Positions 28,901-37,315 of a stretch of DNA of 64,000 nucleotides are shown in pieces. Origin of the DNA: an uncultured virus (IMG/VR IMGVR_UViG_3300043568_001227) (lineage: Duplodnaviria; Heunggongvirae; Uroviricota; Caudoviricetes); IMG/VR virus record IMGVR_UViG_3300043568_001227, positions 1 through 64,000 of that record; one strand, given 5' to 3'. Numbering within the stretch: the stretch's first letter is position 1; the number at the start of each line of letters is the position of its first letter. The notes beneath the pieces were generated by a model. It ran no database searches. It was not told where the DNA came from and was given only the letters and a program-made list of their open reading frames with translations. Both the position numbers and the translations under genes were made by a program.

Positions 28901-30637
28901 ACCGCTTGTCCCTGATGAACCATCTGTTCCGCTTGTTCCTGAAGAACCTGACGTACCATTAGTTCCGTTAACACCACTAATTCCACTTGAACCCGAGGTA
29001 CCACTTGAACCATCGGTACCACTTGTTCCTGAACTACCGTCAGTTCCACTTGTTCCTGAAGAACCATCAGTTCCTGAAGTACCTGAACTCCCACTTGTTC
29101 CTGAAGAACCGCTAGTCCCTGAAGAACCATCCGTTCCACTTGTTCCTGAAGAACCATCTGTTCCTGAACTTCCGCTTGTTCCTGAACTACCGTCAGTTCC
29201 GCTAGTTCCTGATGAACCATCTGTTCCTGAACTACCGTCAGTTCCACTTGTTCCTGAAGAACCATCAACACCACTTAATCCGCTTGAACCCGAAGTGCCT
29301 GAACTTCCGTCAGTTCCACTTGTTCCTGATGAACCATCTGTTCCTGAACTTCCGCTAGTTCCTGATGAACCATCTGTTCCTGAAGTTCCTGAACTACCGT
29401 CAGTTCCGCTTGTACCTGAACTACCATCTGTACCACTTGAGCCCGATGTTCCTGAAGAACCATCTGTTCCACTAGTTCCTGATGAACCATCTGTTCCTGA
29501 ACTACCGTCAGTACCGCTTGTTCCTGAAGAACCGTCAATACCACTAGTTCCTGAACTACCGTCAGTTCCACTTGTACCTGAACTACCGTCAGTTCCACTT
29601 GTACCTGAACTACCATTGGTACCACTTGTTCCGCTTGAGCCCGATGTTCCTGAAGAACCATCTGTTCCTGATGTTCCTGAAGACCCACTATTTCCTGACG
29701 TACCTGAACTACCATCGGTCCCACTAATACCTGAAGTCCCTGAAGAACCATTAACACCACTTATACCACTAGACCCTGAAGTTCCCGAAGAACCATCAGC
29801 ACCTGAAGTTCCCGAACTACCGTCAGTTCCTGAAGTTCCTGAAGAACCGTCAATCCCACTTGTTCCTGAAGAACCTGACGTTCCTGAAGAACCGTCAGTC
29901 CCACTTGTTCCTGAACTACCATCAGTACCTGAAGTACCTGATGAACCATCAGTACCCGAACTTCCACTAGTCCCTGAAGAGCCGTTAGTCCCTGAAGAGC
30001 CGTTAGTCCCTGAAGAGCCGTTAGTTCCTGAAGAACCACTACTACCAGAAGAACCACTACTACCTGACGTACCCGATGTTCCTGATGAACCACTTTCACC
30101 CGAAGAACCCGATGAACCCGATGAACCGTTAGTTCCTGAAGAACCGTTAGTTCCTGAAGAACCGTTAGTTCCTGAAGAACCACTACTACCAGAAGAACCA
30201 CTTGAACCTGAACTTCCTGATGAACCACTTGAACCTGAACTTCCTGATGAACCACTTGTTCCACTAGAACCTGATATTCCTGAAGTACCACTTGAACCTG
30301 ATGTTCCTTTAGTTCCTGAACTACCCGAAGAACCGCTACTTCCTGATGTTCCACTACTTCCTGAAGAACCACTTAAACCTGAAGTACCATTTTGACCACT
30401 TGAACCTGACGAACCATTAACACCACTTGTTCCTGATGAACCATTAACACCACTTGTTCCTGCAGTACCTGAAGTACCAGCAAGGGATAGAGCATCCGCA
30501 ATTTGTTGGATACTTGCTTTATATGATGAACCTGCGGGGTTTTGTGATGTATCACCCGTAATGACAATGTGTACAATGTCATCTGGAGATACTATCGGAG
30601 CTTGGGTTCTGTCGGTCAGTCTTTGATAATTCGGCAT
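22976..30637 (-). CDS. Giant Gly-X-Ser/Asp repeat fibre-like protein (2553 aa)
   Basis: Short N-terminal anchor, about 2350 aa of GTD/GSS/GTS triplets, C-terminal NEVLTSDG...SEPNLTFDG motif and beta-rich domain. Confidence 0.8.
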   Translation of the reverse strand: MPNYQRLTDRTQAPIVSPDDIVHIVITGDTSQNPAGSSYKASIQQIADALSLAGTSGTAGTSGVNGSSGTSGVNGSSGSSGQNGTSGLSGSSGSSGTSGSSGSSGSSGTKGTSGSSGTSGISGSSGTSGSSGSSGSSGSSGSSGSSGSSGSSGSSGTNGSSGTNGSSGTNGSSGSSGSSGESGSSGTSGTSGSSGSSGSSGSSGTNGSSGTNGSSGTNGSSGTSGSSGTDGSSGTSGTDGSSGTSGTDGSSGTSGSSGTSGIDGSSGTSGTDGSSGTSGADGSSGTSGSSGISGVNGSSGTSGISGTDGSSGTSGNSGSSGTSGTDGSSGTSGSSGTSGTNGSSGTSGTDGSSGTSGTDGSSGTSGIDGSSGTSGTDGSSGTDGSSGTSGTDGSSGTSGSSGTDGSSGTSGTDGSSGTSGTDGSSGTSGSSGTDGSSGTSGTDGSSGTSGSSGLSGVDGSSGTSGTDGSSGTDGSSGTSGTDGSSGTSGSSGTDGSSGTSGTDGSSGTSGSSGTSGSSGTSGTDGSSGTSGTDGSSGTSGTDGSSGTSGSSGISGVNGTNGTSGSSGTSGTDGSSGTSGSSGTDGSSGTSGTNGSSGTSGTDGSSGTSGTSGTDGSSGTSGTSGSSGLSGVDGSSGTSGTDGSSGTSGTDGSSGTSGTDGSSGTSGTSGTDGSSGTSGTSGSSGLSGVDGSSGTSGTDGSSGTSGSSGTSGTDGSSGTSGTDGSSGTSGTSGSSGSSGTSGTDGSSGTSGTDGSSGTSGSSGTDGSSGTSGSSGTSGSSGSGGSSGTSGTDGSSGTSGTDGSSGTSGTDGSSGTSGTDGSSGTSGSSGTDGSSGTSGTDGSSGTSGSSGLSGVDGSSGTSGTDGSSGTSGSSGTDGSSGTSGTSGTDGSSGTSGTSGTSGTDGSSGTSGSSGLSGVDGSSGTSGTDGSSGTDGSSGTSGSSGTSGSSGTDGSSGTSGTDGSSGTSGSSGSSGTSGTDGSSGTSGTDGSSGSSGSSGISGVNGSSGTSGTNGSSGTSGSSGTDGSSGTSGSSGTSGTDGSSGTSGTDGSSGTSGTDGSSGTSGTDGSSGTSGTSGTDGSSGTSGTDGSSGTDGSSGTSGTDGSSGTSGTSGTDGSSGTSGTNGSSGTSGSSGLSGVDGSSGTSGTDGSSGTSGSSGTSGTDGSSGTSGTDGSSGTSGSSGTDGSSGTSGTSGTDGSSGTSGTSGTDGSSGTSGSSGTDGSSGSSGTSGTDGSSGTSGTSGTDGSSGTSGTDGSSGTSGTSGTDGSSGTSGTDGSSGTSGTDGSSGTSGTSGTDGSSGTSGTDGSSGTSGSSGLSGVDGSSGTSGIDGSSGTSGTSGTDGSSGTSGSSGSSGTSGSSGTSGTSGSSGLSGVDGSSGTSGTDGSSGTSGTDGSSGTSGTSGTDGSSGTSGTSGTDGSSGTSGTSGTDGSSGTSGTSGTDGSSGTDGSSGTSGTSGTDGSSGTSGTDGSSGTDGSSGTSGSSGISGVNGSSGTSGTSGSSGTSGSSGTSGSSGTSGSSGTSGSSGTSGSSGSSGSSGTSGSSGTSGTSGSSGSSGTSGSSGSSGTSGTDGSSGTSGSSGTSGSSGTSGSSGTSGSSGTSGTSGSSGSSGSSGTSGTSGSSGSSGSSGSSGSSGTAGTSGTSGSSGSSGTSGSSGTSGSSGTSGTSGSSGTSGTNGSSGTSGSSGSSGTSGTSGSSGTSGTSGSSGTSGSSGTSGSSGTSGSSGTNGSSGTSGTSGSSGTSGTSGSSGSSGSSGSSGTSGSSGTSGTSGSSGTSGTSGTSGTSGSSGTSGSSGTSGTSGSSGTSGTSGSSGSSGTNGSSGTSGSAGTSGTSGTSGTSGSSGTSGSSGSSGSSGSSGSSGTSGSSGSSGSSGTAGTSGSSGTSGSSGSSGTSGTSGSSGSSGSSGSSGTSGTSGSSGSSGTSGSSGTSGTSGSSGTSGTSGSSGTSGSSGTSGSSGSSGTSGTSGTSGSSGTSGSSGSSGSSGTSGSSGTSGSSGTSGTSGSSGSSGSSGSSGSSGTSGSSGTAGTSGSSGTSGTSGSSGSSGSSGSSGSSGTSGSSGSSGSSGSSGTAGTSGTSGSSGSSGSSGSSGTSGTSGSSGSSGSSGSSGSSGSSGTSGTSGSSGTAGTSGTSGSSGTSGSSGTSGSSGSSGSSGSSGSSGTAGTSGSSGTSGSSGSSGSSGSSGSSGTSGSSGSSGTSGSSGTAGTSGTSGSSGSSGTSGSSGTSGSSGTAGTSGSSGTSGTSGSSGSSGSSGTAGTSGTSGSSGSSGSSGSSGTSGTSGSSGTSGSSGSSGTSGSSGTAGTSGSSGTSGTSGSSGTSGTSGSSGTSGTSGSSGTSGTSGTSGTSGSSGTSGSSGSSGTSGSSGSSGTSGSSGTSGTSGSSGTTGTSGTSGLQGTSGTSGTSGTSGSSGTSGLSPVVSGNDNEVLTSDGAGGITSEPNLTFDGTTLGITGDTIEQGNQSLQSCRETGVTTTTLICRFPFASGSSATFDYYVYDSGTNAMRSGIIMTVWDGTNTAFTDSSTPDLNASTVAVKFYTVIIGSNLELYAAIGGGTWDISVGTRIVF
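23430..30480 (-). repeat. Periodic repeat tract of the 2553-aa gene
   Basis: Same 9-nt periodicity; Asp-rich part about 25945-29960; boundaries approximate. Confidence 0.9.
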
Positions 30638-30684
30638 CTTTTTAGTCTATATGTATAAATATGAATCTTTTCATAATTTGGTTT

Positions 30685-30987
30685 TTATTGGTCTTCGAAT
30701 ATATAAATATTTGCATCCATGAAAATAAAGATTTCTCCGTCTTGATAAATCTTACCTTTCTCGTCACAATAAATTATTCCGAACTTTTCGCACCCCAAAG
30801 AGTCTATGATTTTTATTCCAACGGCGGGGGCTGAATTGAATGTGGTTGGTAGTACAATAGATATTGATGGAGGTACTTGAGTGTTAATAGTTGAAATTAA
30901 AACACATTGATTCCCATACACATCACACGCATATAAATCATACGGTAATGTAACTCCAGAAACTCCAGTAATCTCAATTTGTGTCAT
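30685..30987 (-). CDS. Small Cys-containing putative adaptor protein; paralogue of 2043-2636
   Basis: IEI..G..PY....CDV....C...K..DS..C..F.II.C shared with 2043-2636; C-terminal IYQDGEIFIFMD tail. Confidence 0.55.
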   Translation of the reverse strand: MTQIEITGVSGVTLPYDLYACDVYGNQCVLISTINTQVPPSISIVLPTTFNSAPAVGIKIIDSLGCEKFGIIYCDEKGKIYQDGEIFIFMDANIYIFEDQ

Positions 30988-31030
30988 ATTGAATAAATAG
31001 TTAGTATTTACTTTAACTCTTTTTTAAAAC

Positions 31031-31056
31031 AAAAAATCCCCCAAGGGTTGGAGGAC
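31031..31056 (-). terminator. Intrinsic terminator
   Basis: Minus strand TCCTCCAA-ccc-TTGGGGGA-TTTTTT (one G-U pair). Confidence 0.65.
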
Positions 31057-31078
31057 TTTATTTATGTTTTTATAGTTA

Positions 31079-32113
31079 TTAATAAGGAGTGTCAGAACTA
31101 CGTGTTATTGCCCCAACAATAACGGTACTACCTAAATTACTAAGGTCTTGTTGAAAAGAGGGTGAATTTAATGAGTCAATTAAAAGAACACAGTCACCAT
31201 CATTAATTTGATTAGTGGACGCACCTCCGTAAGGATTTGCACCTTGTATTGGTAATAATGAACTTTTGGGGGTTGTAAACCCACTTGTATATACAATATT
31301 TCTACATATCCTTATATCAGTAAGTTTCGCATCTAAAAAATTACTACTCGATAGTAAAGAGCCAAAATAAATTAAACCAATAGTGTTACTAATCAGAGTG
31401 TTAGGTATTCCAACGGCAGTTTTGTCATTACCATCAAAATAGACTTTAACTTGACCATTGTCACATGTAATTGCAATGTGTTGCCAAACATTTGTTGACA
31501 ATGGTAGAGATATCGCATTACCAGTGGATAATCCGTGAAGACAACTATCTGATGGGTCAATATATAAATTTAAATCACCACCACCAAATGAAGCACTTTG
31601 ACTAAATATGTATTGGTTACTACCTGTTGATACTGGATTTCCAAAATACCAAAATTCAATTGTAAAGAATTCATTAACTGTACCAATATGAGTAGGAATA
31701 ATCCTTGCCGTATTAGAACTATTTGGAAATATTAACGAACCTGGATTTACTTCCCAAGAAGACCAATGTCCAAAACCGTTCATCCAAATATACGCCTCGT
31801 CACCTGTTGTGTAAGTTTTACTACTAACAAATCCCGCCTTTTCAACAAATGAAATTTCATTTAACGACAACGACCTCCAAAATCCTACATACGCAGAAAT
31901 CCCTAACGGATTTGGTTGTGTTCCTGTTGGAACTGAGTGAGCGATTACATACCCAAGGTCTTCATCGGGTCCGTTCCACCATTGAATTCCACCTGGTTGT
32001 AATGTGTAGTCTTGGTCGTCAACCCCAATAGTTAATGTACTATTAAATACTCGGATAGCCCCATTGATTAGTGATAATGTTGGATTATATGCAAATGGTC
32101 TTGATGTTGACAT
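31079..32113 (-). CDS. LamG/concanavalin A-like domain virion protein
   Basis: FTIEFW...WQHIAIT...VKVYFDG...LTDIRI pattern. Confidence 0.75.
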   Translation of the reverse strand: MSTSRPFAYNPTLSLINGAIRVFNSTLTIGVDDQDYTLQPGGIQWWNGPDEDLGYVIAHSVPTGTQPNPLGISAYVGFWRSLSLNEISFVEKAGFVSSKTYTTGDEAYIWMNGFGHWSSWEVNPGSLIFPNSSNTARIIPTHIGTVNEFFTIEFWYFGNPVSTGSNQYIFSQSASFGGGDLNLYIDPSDSCLHGLSTGNAISLPLSTNVWQHIAITCDNGQVKVYFDGNDKTAVGIPNTLISNTIGLIYFGSLLSSSNFLDAKLTDIRICRNIVYTSGFTTPKSSLLPIQGANPYGGASTNQINDGDCVLLIDSLNSPSFQQDLSNLGSTVIVGAITRSSDTPY

Positions 32114-32170
32114 AGTTTTTTTTTTATTTAATAAATATCTTTTATTTTTATTTTATTCTTAAACTTAATA

Positions 32171-32668
32171 TTATAAACCAATTGTTGGTGTTACACAAGG
32201 GGTGCGAGTTAATGTTGGTGTTGGTCTTGGAGCACGAGTTGGTTTTGGGGTTGGTGTTGGGGTGGCGCAAGGGTCAAAAGTAGGGGTTGGTGTTGGGTGT
32301 AGTGTTGGAGTTGGTGTTTTGGTTGGTTTAGGCGTTTTAGTTGGTTGTGGGGGGCAAGGAGTGTCTGTTGGTGTTGGTGTTGGCGTACTTGTAGGAATAG
32401 GAGTTGGGGTACTTGTAGGTGTTGGTGTAGGTGTTGGTGATGGAATTGGTCTAACAACAGTTAAGAAGTTAGGGCAGTCAGAATTAATAACTAATATAGT
32501 ATAAACACCATAAACCTCTCTTGGGGGAGTTAATAAGTTAGGTTCAAATAAAAAAGGTAATAATACATCACCTAAATTAATAGCGTCCATACTGTTGTCA
32601 GGTTTAAAAACAACATTAGCAATTTGACCATTATAATTGATACTAGATATTACAATTGTTTCATTCAT
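32171..32668 (-). CDS. Pro/Thr-rich protein, putative virion component
   Basis: C-terminal ~90 aa almost entirely PT/PK repeats. Confidence 0.6.
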   Translation of the reverse strand: MNETIVISSINYNGQIANVVFKPDNSMDAINLGDVLLPFLFEPNLLTPPREVYGVYTILVINSDCPNFLTVVRPIPSPTPTPTPTSTPTPIPTSTPTPTPTDTPCPPQPTKTPKPTKTPTPTLHPTPTPTFDPCATPTPTPKPTRAPRPTPTLTRTPCVTPTIGL

Positions 32669-35600
32669 ATACTTAAATTATTTGGGTCACAATCACAATT
32701 GATATCAACAACTGTTACAGTTCCTCCACCATTAAGTTTAATTACATTGATGGCACATTTATAAGTTATGGTAACATATAATGGTACATCAATAACTTCG
32801 ACAGTATTATCACAATATAAAATTTGATACGTTGAACCAGTTCCAGGTCCAAATCCACTATATAATTGGAATGTTTTGCAACAAGATGAACAATCTCCAA
32901 TAACCGTATACGTCAGAAAATTTATATGCTGTATTCCTGCACCGCCTCCATATAGACAACTACCTATAATATTTGGTAGTGGTACCCAATTATTCATTCC
33001 CCCAATTGGTGTAAGACTATTTATAGGAAGATATGCGAGTGGGTTAGGTAATGGATAATATGTGGACATATCCTCTAAAATCCAATAATTATTTATATTA
33101 TCCCAAGAAATCCTCATTAATACGGTGGGTGGGGCGATAGAGTAATAAGTGAAATAATATGATGATTTACCATTAATCTGAGTTGAAGGACTTATATTTG
33201 ATGGTAATGCAATTGTACCAGTACAATCCGTTAAATCATCAATAAAACGAATACACTCTCCAGGTGTATAAACCGTAGGTGTAGGTGTAGGTGTAGGTGT
33301 TGGTGTTGAAGTTGGTGTTGAAGTTGGTGTTGAAGTGTTAGTCGGTGTTGGTGTTGGGGTGTTAGTTGGTGTTGGGGTCGGTGAATATGTGGTTGTAGTT
33401 GTTGTTAAATTTGAGGTTGTAGTTGTTGTTGTTAAATTTGAGGTTGTAGTTGTTGTCGTTAAATTTGAGGTTGTTGTTGTCGTTGTGGTTAAATTTGTGG
33501 TGGTGGTTGTTGTTGTTTCTCCAGATATTTGGTATGTAAAGTCGTTAGGTAAACAAACCGATGTCGAGCAGTCAGGACAATCAGGGTTAAACATTCTGAA
33601 AGTATTTTTTAATAAATTAAAGTTGTGTTTTACCTCAGGAGCCGATAATGGGGTAACATACATTCTAAATTGTGAAATGGCACCATCAAAAGTTCCCGCA
33701 AAATTCTGTTCAATTAATATATTAGTTTTTAACCCATTAAATGTTGTCCCCGATAAATCATTAATTGGGAAATTTTCAGGGTCTTGAATATAAGGTCCGT
33801 AAGGTTGCGTCATAGATGAAAAAGTTAAATTTTCTCTAAGTCCTTGGGTACCTCCACCCCACGATATATTAAATGGAACACCAACTTGTTTTTCTTTGTC
33901 GGTATCTAACCCTCTTGGGATAATCTCCTCAAAATTTTCAATTGTATGAAATAATTTACCATTAACGTAAATCTTAAGTCTCCCATTTCGATATAATTTA
34001 TCAATTAACCATTTTTCATTTAATCTAACCAACTCAATTTGTTCTGATGTTTTACCACCAATTTGAGTGTATGGTATTGTAATTAATGATGTTGCATTAT
34101 TTGCTAATGATTCTAAATAAAGTTTTTCAGTTATATCACCAAGTCCTCCTCGATACCATAAATCACACGTATCTAACCATGTATATCTTTCCCATACCGC
34201 ATCTACTTGAAACCAATGTTCCTCCTCTAACCACGCGGGATTCTCTAATAAACATGTAGGGTAAATTGGGGGTGTACAATAATCAACAATAGTGTGTCCT
34301 GTAGTGTACGTAATTCCACTTGTTTCACAAGAACCCGTAGTAACACAGTCTCCTGTGAATTTTAACATTCTAACTCCGATACCAGGATTTTTTGGGTCAC
34401 CACATAATCTAAAAGATAATGCGTTTGACATAGAATCATATATTGGATTTGTTTCACAAGTATTTTCGATTGATGTAAATCCTGTATTACAGTTATAACA
34501 AGTTGTGGTTGTTGTACAAACATCACATGATGGTGTGCAAACAGGTGGTAGTTCACAATCAGGTATTGGCGTTGGAGGGGGTGTTGGTGTTGGTGTTGGG
34601 ATAATTATAGTGTCGCATATGTGTGTTTGACATTCCCACCCACAAGTTTCACAAGGGTCTAAATTACAATCACAACCACAAGTAATTTTCTTTTCTGGGT
34701 CTCCATTACAACTACTACACCCATAATTAACGTGAGGGTCATGAATATTATTTACTGACCTTGGCGGATAAACAAATACACATCTACTATCCGTAATTGT
34801 TCTATTACAACAAGCACATGTTTGTAGTTGAGTTAGACCTGATGTTACTCGATTGTACCCCGAAAAACACAATGGACTACCACTGGCGTGGTGATAAAAT
34901 TTATTTTCAGCTCTAGTTCCAAAATAAAAAAAAGTATTCTTATTGTTTGGATAAATTTCATTAAGAGTTGTTTCATTAGGTAATGGAGAATACTCATTGA
35001 TAAGTCTTGGTTTCAAAACCATTTCAACGGACCATCCTTTATTCATTCTTTCAGGAAAAATCTCATAATCAAAACCAAATAATTTATAAAACCCTTGATA
35101 AAAACCACCATATAATTCGTGGTATCTACCCTCAAAAGGGCTTGATTTACTAACCACTTCGTATAAAACGGTTTTATTAAACCCCGAAAATCTTACGTTA
35201 GGTAAATTGGTGTGACCTGTAACTTGATGTAACTTTAATCTTCGGTCGTAATACATTCTATTGAATTTTAAATAATCAGAATATAAACCTTTAGTGAATG
35301 TTATCGTTTCACCCGTCATTTGGTTGACTAATCCGTTGTCAACACCTGTTAACCCAATATCACATGATGTTGATGATGAGTAACAAGTCAAATCATCATT
35401 ATTTGGATTGTAATAATTTTGAGATACAAAAATATTATTATTATTGTATTGTTTATATGAAAGTGTTTGGTTTTGAACACTTAAAGGATTGTTAATGTCA
35501 AAATAAACAGGAAGTCGGTTTCCGTATGTTTGTGCAATCAAATATGGGGAGAAAACAACCTCTTGATTGTAGTCTTGTTCATCTGAGGTCAAAGACATAT

Positions 35601-35670
35601 CATTGGAATCTAAATTAAGTTTTAGAGACCAATTTGAGCGGACGTATTGATTTATATTTTGACTTGCCAT
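32665..35670 (-). CDS. Large virion protein: LamG-like segments, Cys-rich inserts, mucin-like Thr/Pro tract
   Basis: [31 protein letters not shown]; CxxC/CxC clusters; SNLTTTTTT repeats. Confidence 0.6.
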   Translation of the reverse strand: MASQNINQYVRSNWSLKLNLDSNDMSLTSDEQDYNQEVVFSPYLIAQTYGNRLPVYFDINNPLSVQNQTLSYKQYNNNNIFVSQNYYNPNNDDLTCYSSSTSCDIGLTGVDNGLVNQMTGETITFTKGLYSDYLKFNRMYYDRRLKLHQVTGHTNLPNVRFSGFNKTVLYEVVSKSSPFEGRYHELYGGFYQGFYKLFGFDYEIFPERMNKGWSVEMVLKPRLINEYSPLPNETTLNEIYPNNKNTFFYFGTRAENKFYHHASGSPLCFSGYNRVTSGLTQLQTCACCNRTITDSRCVFVYPPRSVNNIHDPHVNYGCSSCNGDPEKKITCGCDCNLDPCETCGWECQTHICDTIIIPTPTPTPPPTPIPDCELPPVCTPSCDVCTTTTTCYNCNTGFTSIENTCETNPIYDSMSNALSFRLCGDPKNPGIGVRMLKFTGDCVTTGSCETSGITYTTGHTIVDYCTPPIYPTCLLENPAWLEEEHWFQVDAVWERYTWLDTCDLWYRGGLGDITEKLYLESLANNATSLITIPYTQIGGKTSEQIELVRLNEKWLIDKLYRNGRLKIYVNGKLFHTIENFEEIIPRGLDTDKEKQVGVPFNISWGGGTQGLRENLTFSSMTQPYGPYIQDPENFPINDLSGTTFNGLKTNILIEQNFAGTFDGAISQFRMYVTPLSAPEVKHNFNLLKNTFRMFNPDCPDCSTSVCLPNDFTYQISGETTTTTTTNLTTTTTTTSNLTTTTTTSNLTTTTTTSNLTTTTTTYSPTPTPTNTPTPTPTNTSTPTSTPTSTPTPTPTPTPTVYTPGECIRFIDDLTDCTGTIALPSNISPSTQINGKSSYYFTYYSIAPPTVLMRISWDNINNYWILEDMSTYYPLPNPLAYLPINSLTPIGGMNNWVPLPNIIGSCLYGGGAGIQHINFLTYTVIGDCSSCCKTFQLYSGFGPGTGSTYQILYCDNTVEVIDVPLYVTITYKCAINVIKLNGGGTVTVVDINCDCDPNNLSI
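33390..33517 (-). repeat. About 27-nt tandem repeat (SNLTTTTTT), about 4 copies
   Basis: gttaaatttgaggttg... recurring; seen in translation. Confidence 0.8.
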
Positions 35671-35680
35671 CTTTTTTATG

Positions 35681-35707
35681 ATAAATACTCTAAATCGAAG
35701 TATTTAT
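35681..35707. promoter_or_regulatory. Back-to-back TATTTAT motifs serving divergent genes (representative of 14 sites)
   Basis: ATAAATA 35681-87 (minus-strand TATTTAT) and TATTTAT 35701-07, each 10-13 nt before an ATG. Confidence 0.65.
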
Positions 35708-35720
35708 TGGAAAATGTGTT

Positions 35721-36557
35721 ATGATAAATTTTAACAAAGAATACTACAGTAATAATTATTACTTCTTTTTAAAAGATAGAGGAGACCAAATCTCCTTATA
35801 CTATTCTATTGCTGACACTTTAACCGAATCTAGAAAAAAAGACAAAAAAATGGACTTCGATAAAAAAGATTCGAAAAAAGTTAAAGATGTTGTAAATAAT
35901 ATTTTAAAATCAAAAGAAAAACAAACAACAATTGATATTGAGGATAAATTAAAAGGTGTAAAAAAATCTTCGGGTGAGATTGGTGAGTTAGTTGATTCTG
36001 ACGGAACTATGTTAAGTTCAAGAATTCCTTTGATAAATTTAACCCTTTCCCCAAGAAAAACAATGGACCAAACTGTTGTTATGGCTAGAACAACAAATGA
36101 CCCTGTAACAAGAGGTTACCGTGTTTATTATGGTGAGAGTGAAGAAGAAAAAGAAAATATTGTGTCAGAAGTTGACTATTCAGAAGCCTTTGGATATGTT
36201 GAGACTGAAGGAAAAGATTTTAAAGAAACTATAAATATATTAAAAAAGATGGGTGTTGAGAATCCCGTACAAAGAGCAAAAGAATTTGGTAAATTACCCA
36301 AAGCTAAGAAAGTTGGTGGTAAATTAAAACAAAGACTTTCTGAAAAAGATAGTATTGAAGAACAACAAAAAGAAAAAATGATTAAAATGGTTGAGGACAT
36401 CTTAACTAAGAAATCTAAAGATAGTTCAGACGTTGTAAAACGTGATGAAAGCGTTAGTAAGATATTAGTTAAAAATTTACAATCAATTAAAAAATTAGCA
36501 GATAAAGAAGGTATCAGTATTTCTAAATTAATTAACATATTAAAATCAAATGAATAA
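35721..36557 (+). CDS. Hypothetical protein (Lys/Glu-rich)
   Basis: 278 aa ORF preceded by TATTTAT; first gene of an overlapping series. Confidence 0.6.
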   Translation: MINFNKEYYSNNYYFFLKDRGDQISLYYSIADTLTESRKKDKKMDFDKKDSKKVKDVVNNILKSKEKQTTIDIEDKLKGVKKSSGEIGELVDSDGTMLSSRIPLINLTLSPRKTMDQTVVMARTTNDPVTRGYRVYYGESEEEKENIVSEVDYSEAFGYVETEGKDFKETINILKKMGVENPVQRAKEFGKLPKAKKVGGKLKQRLSEKDSIEEQQKEKMIKMVEDILTKKSKDSSDVVKRDESVSKILVKNLQSIKKLADKEGISISKLINILKSNE

Positions 36558-37020
36558 AGATTTATATGGAAATAAATTTTCTCTACCTGAGGAGGTTGTA
36601 AGTTATTTACAACAGTGTCATGATGCCGCGGGAGGTGCTGACGAAAGTGTTGAGGGTTATAAGAGAAACAAAGAACTAAGAGATAGTCGTGAAGTTACAT
36701 ATCAACAATTAAAACGAATGAAAAATTGGTTTGATAAGTTTGAGGGTGACGAAAATGATTTATCTTATATTTTAAATGGGGGTCATTATGTTAAAAATTG
36801 GGTTCACAACACCTTAACTTCAATGAGAGATAATGTACACAATACTAAAAAGAATAAATCTGAGGTTTTACCTAATCAATTTATTCAGCCACATGAGAAG
36901 AATGACATGACAACGATTAATAGACCTAGTAAAAGTCACAAATCAACCGTTGATAAATATGACACTGCTATCATGGAAAATTTAACTAGAATAAACGATT
37001 TAATTAAAAAAATAATATAA
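36550..37020 (+). CDS. Hypothetical protein
   Basis: 156 aa, overlaps upstream gene. Confidence 0.6.
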   Translation: MNKDLYGNKFSLPEEVVSYLQQCHDAAGGADESVEGYKRNKELRDSREVTYQQLKRMKNWFDKFEGDENDLSYILNGGHYVKNWVHNTLTSMRDNVHNTKKNKSEVLPNQFIQPHEKNDMTTINRPSKSHKSTVDKYDTAIMENLTRINDLIKKII

Positions 37021-37021
37021 T

Positions 37022-37315
37022 ATGCCAACAACAGAACCAATTAGTTTCGAGCAACCTAAAAATGATTTATCATCAATTGCTGAGATGGAGAGAGCAAAAT
37101 TATTCCCAAAGAATGATTATAAACCAACAAACCAATATTCTGCGGTTAATCCTGACGCTATTGCCGATGGAGATGCTCAAGGTAAAGGTACTGGAGGATT
37201 TTTAGATGTTTATAATCAAGGTGCGGGAGCAATCCAAGACATTTTAGAGAGAAAGGCCGAGGTAGTTATTAATGAATTTAAACCCAACTCACCGTATACT
37301 ACACCAAGTGCATAA
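37022..37315 (+). CDS. Hypothetical protein
   Basis: 97 aa, TAATG coupling to next gene. Confidence 0.6.
   Translation: MPTTEPISFEQPKNDLSSIAEMERAKLFPKNDYKPTNQYSAVNPDAIADGDAQGKGTGGFLDVYNQGAGAIQDILERKAEVVINEFKPNSPYTTPSA

Noticed and set aside
23310..30395. 2361-aa antisense ORF
   Set aside because: Same shadow-frame explanation; no start context or globular domain
14158..30582. Many VQ/EL-rich minus-strand ORFs (also 363-614)
   Set aside because: Alternative frames of the repeat tracts, broken wherever GLS/GVS codons create stops
13472..30637. CRISPR array or satellite interpretation of the repeats
   Set aside because: No constant repeat with unique spacers; variation is synonymous within a single open frame
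32202..33787. VG-rich and poly-Val + strand ORFs
   Set aside because: Antisense of PT and poly-Thr tracts
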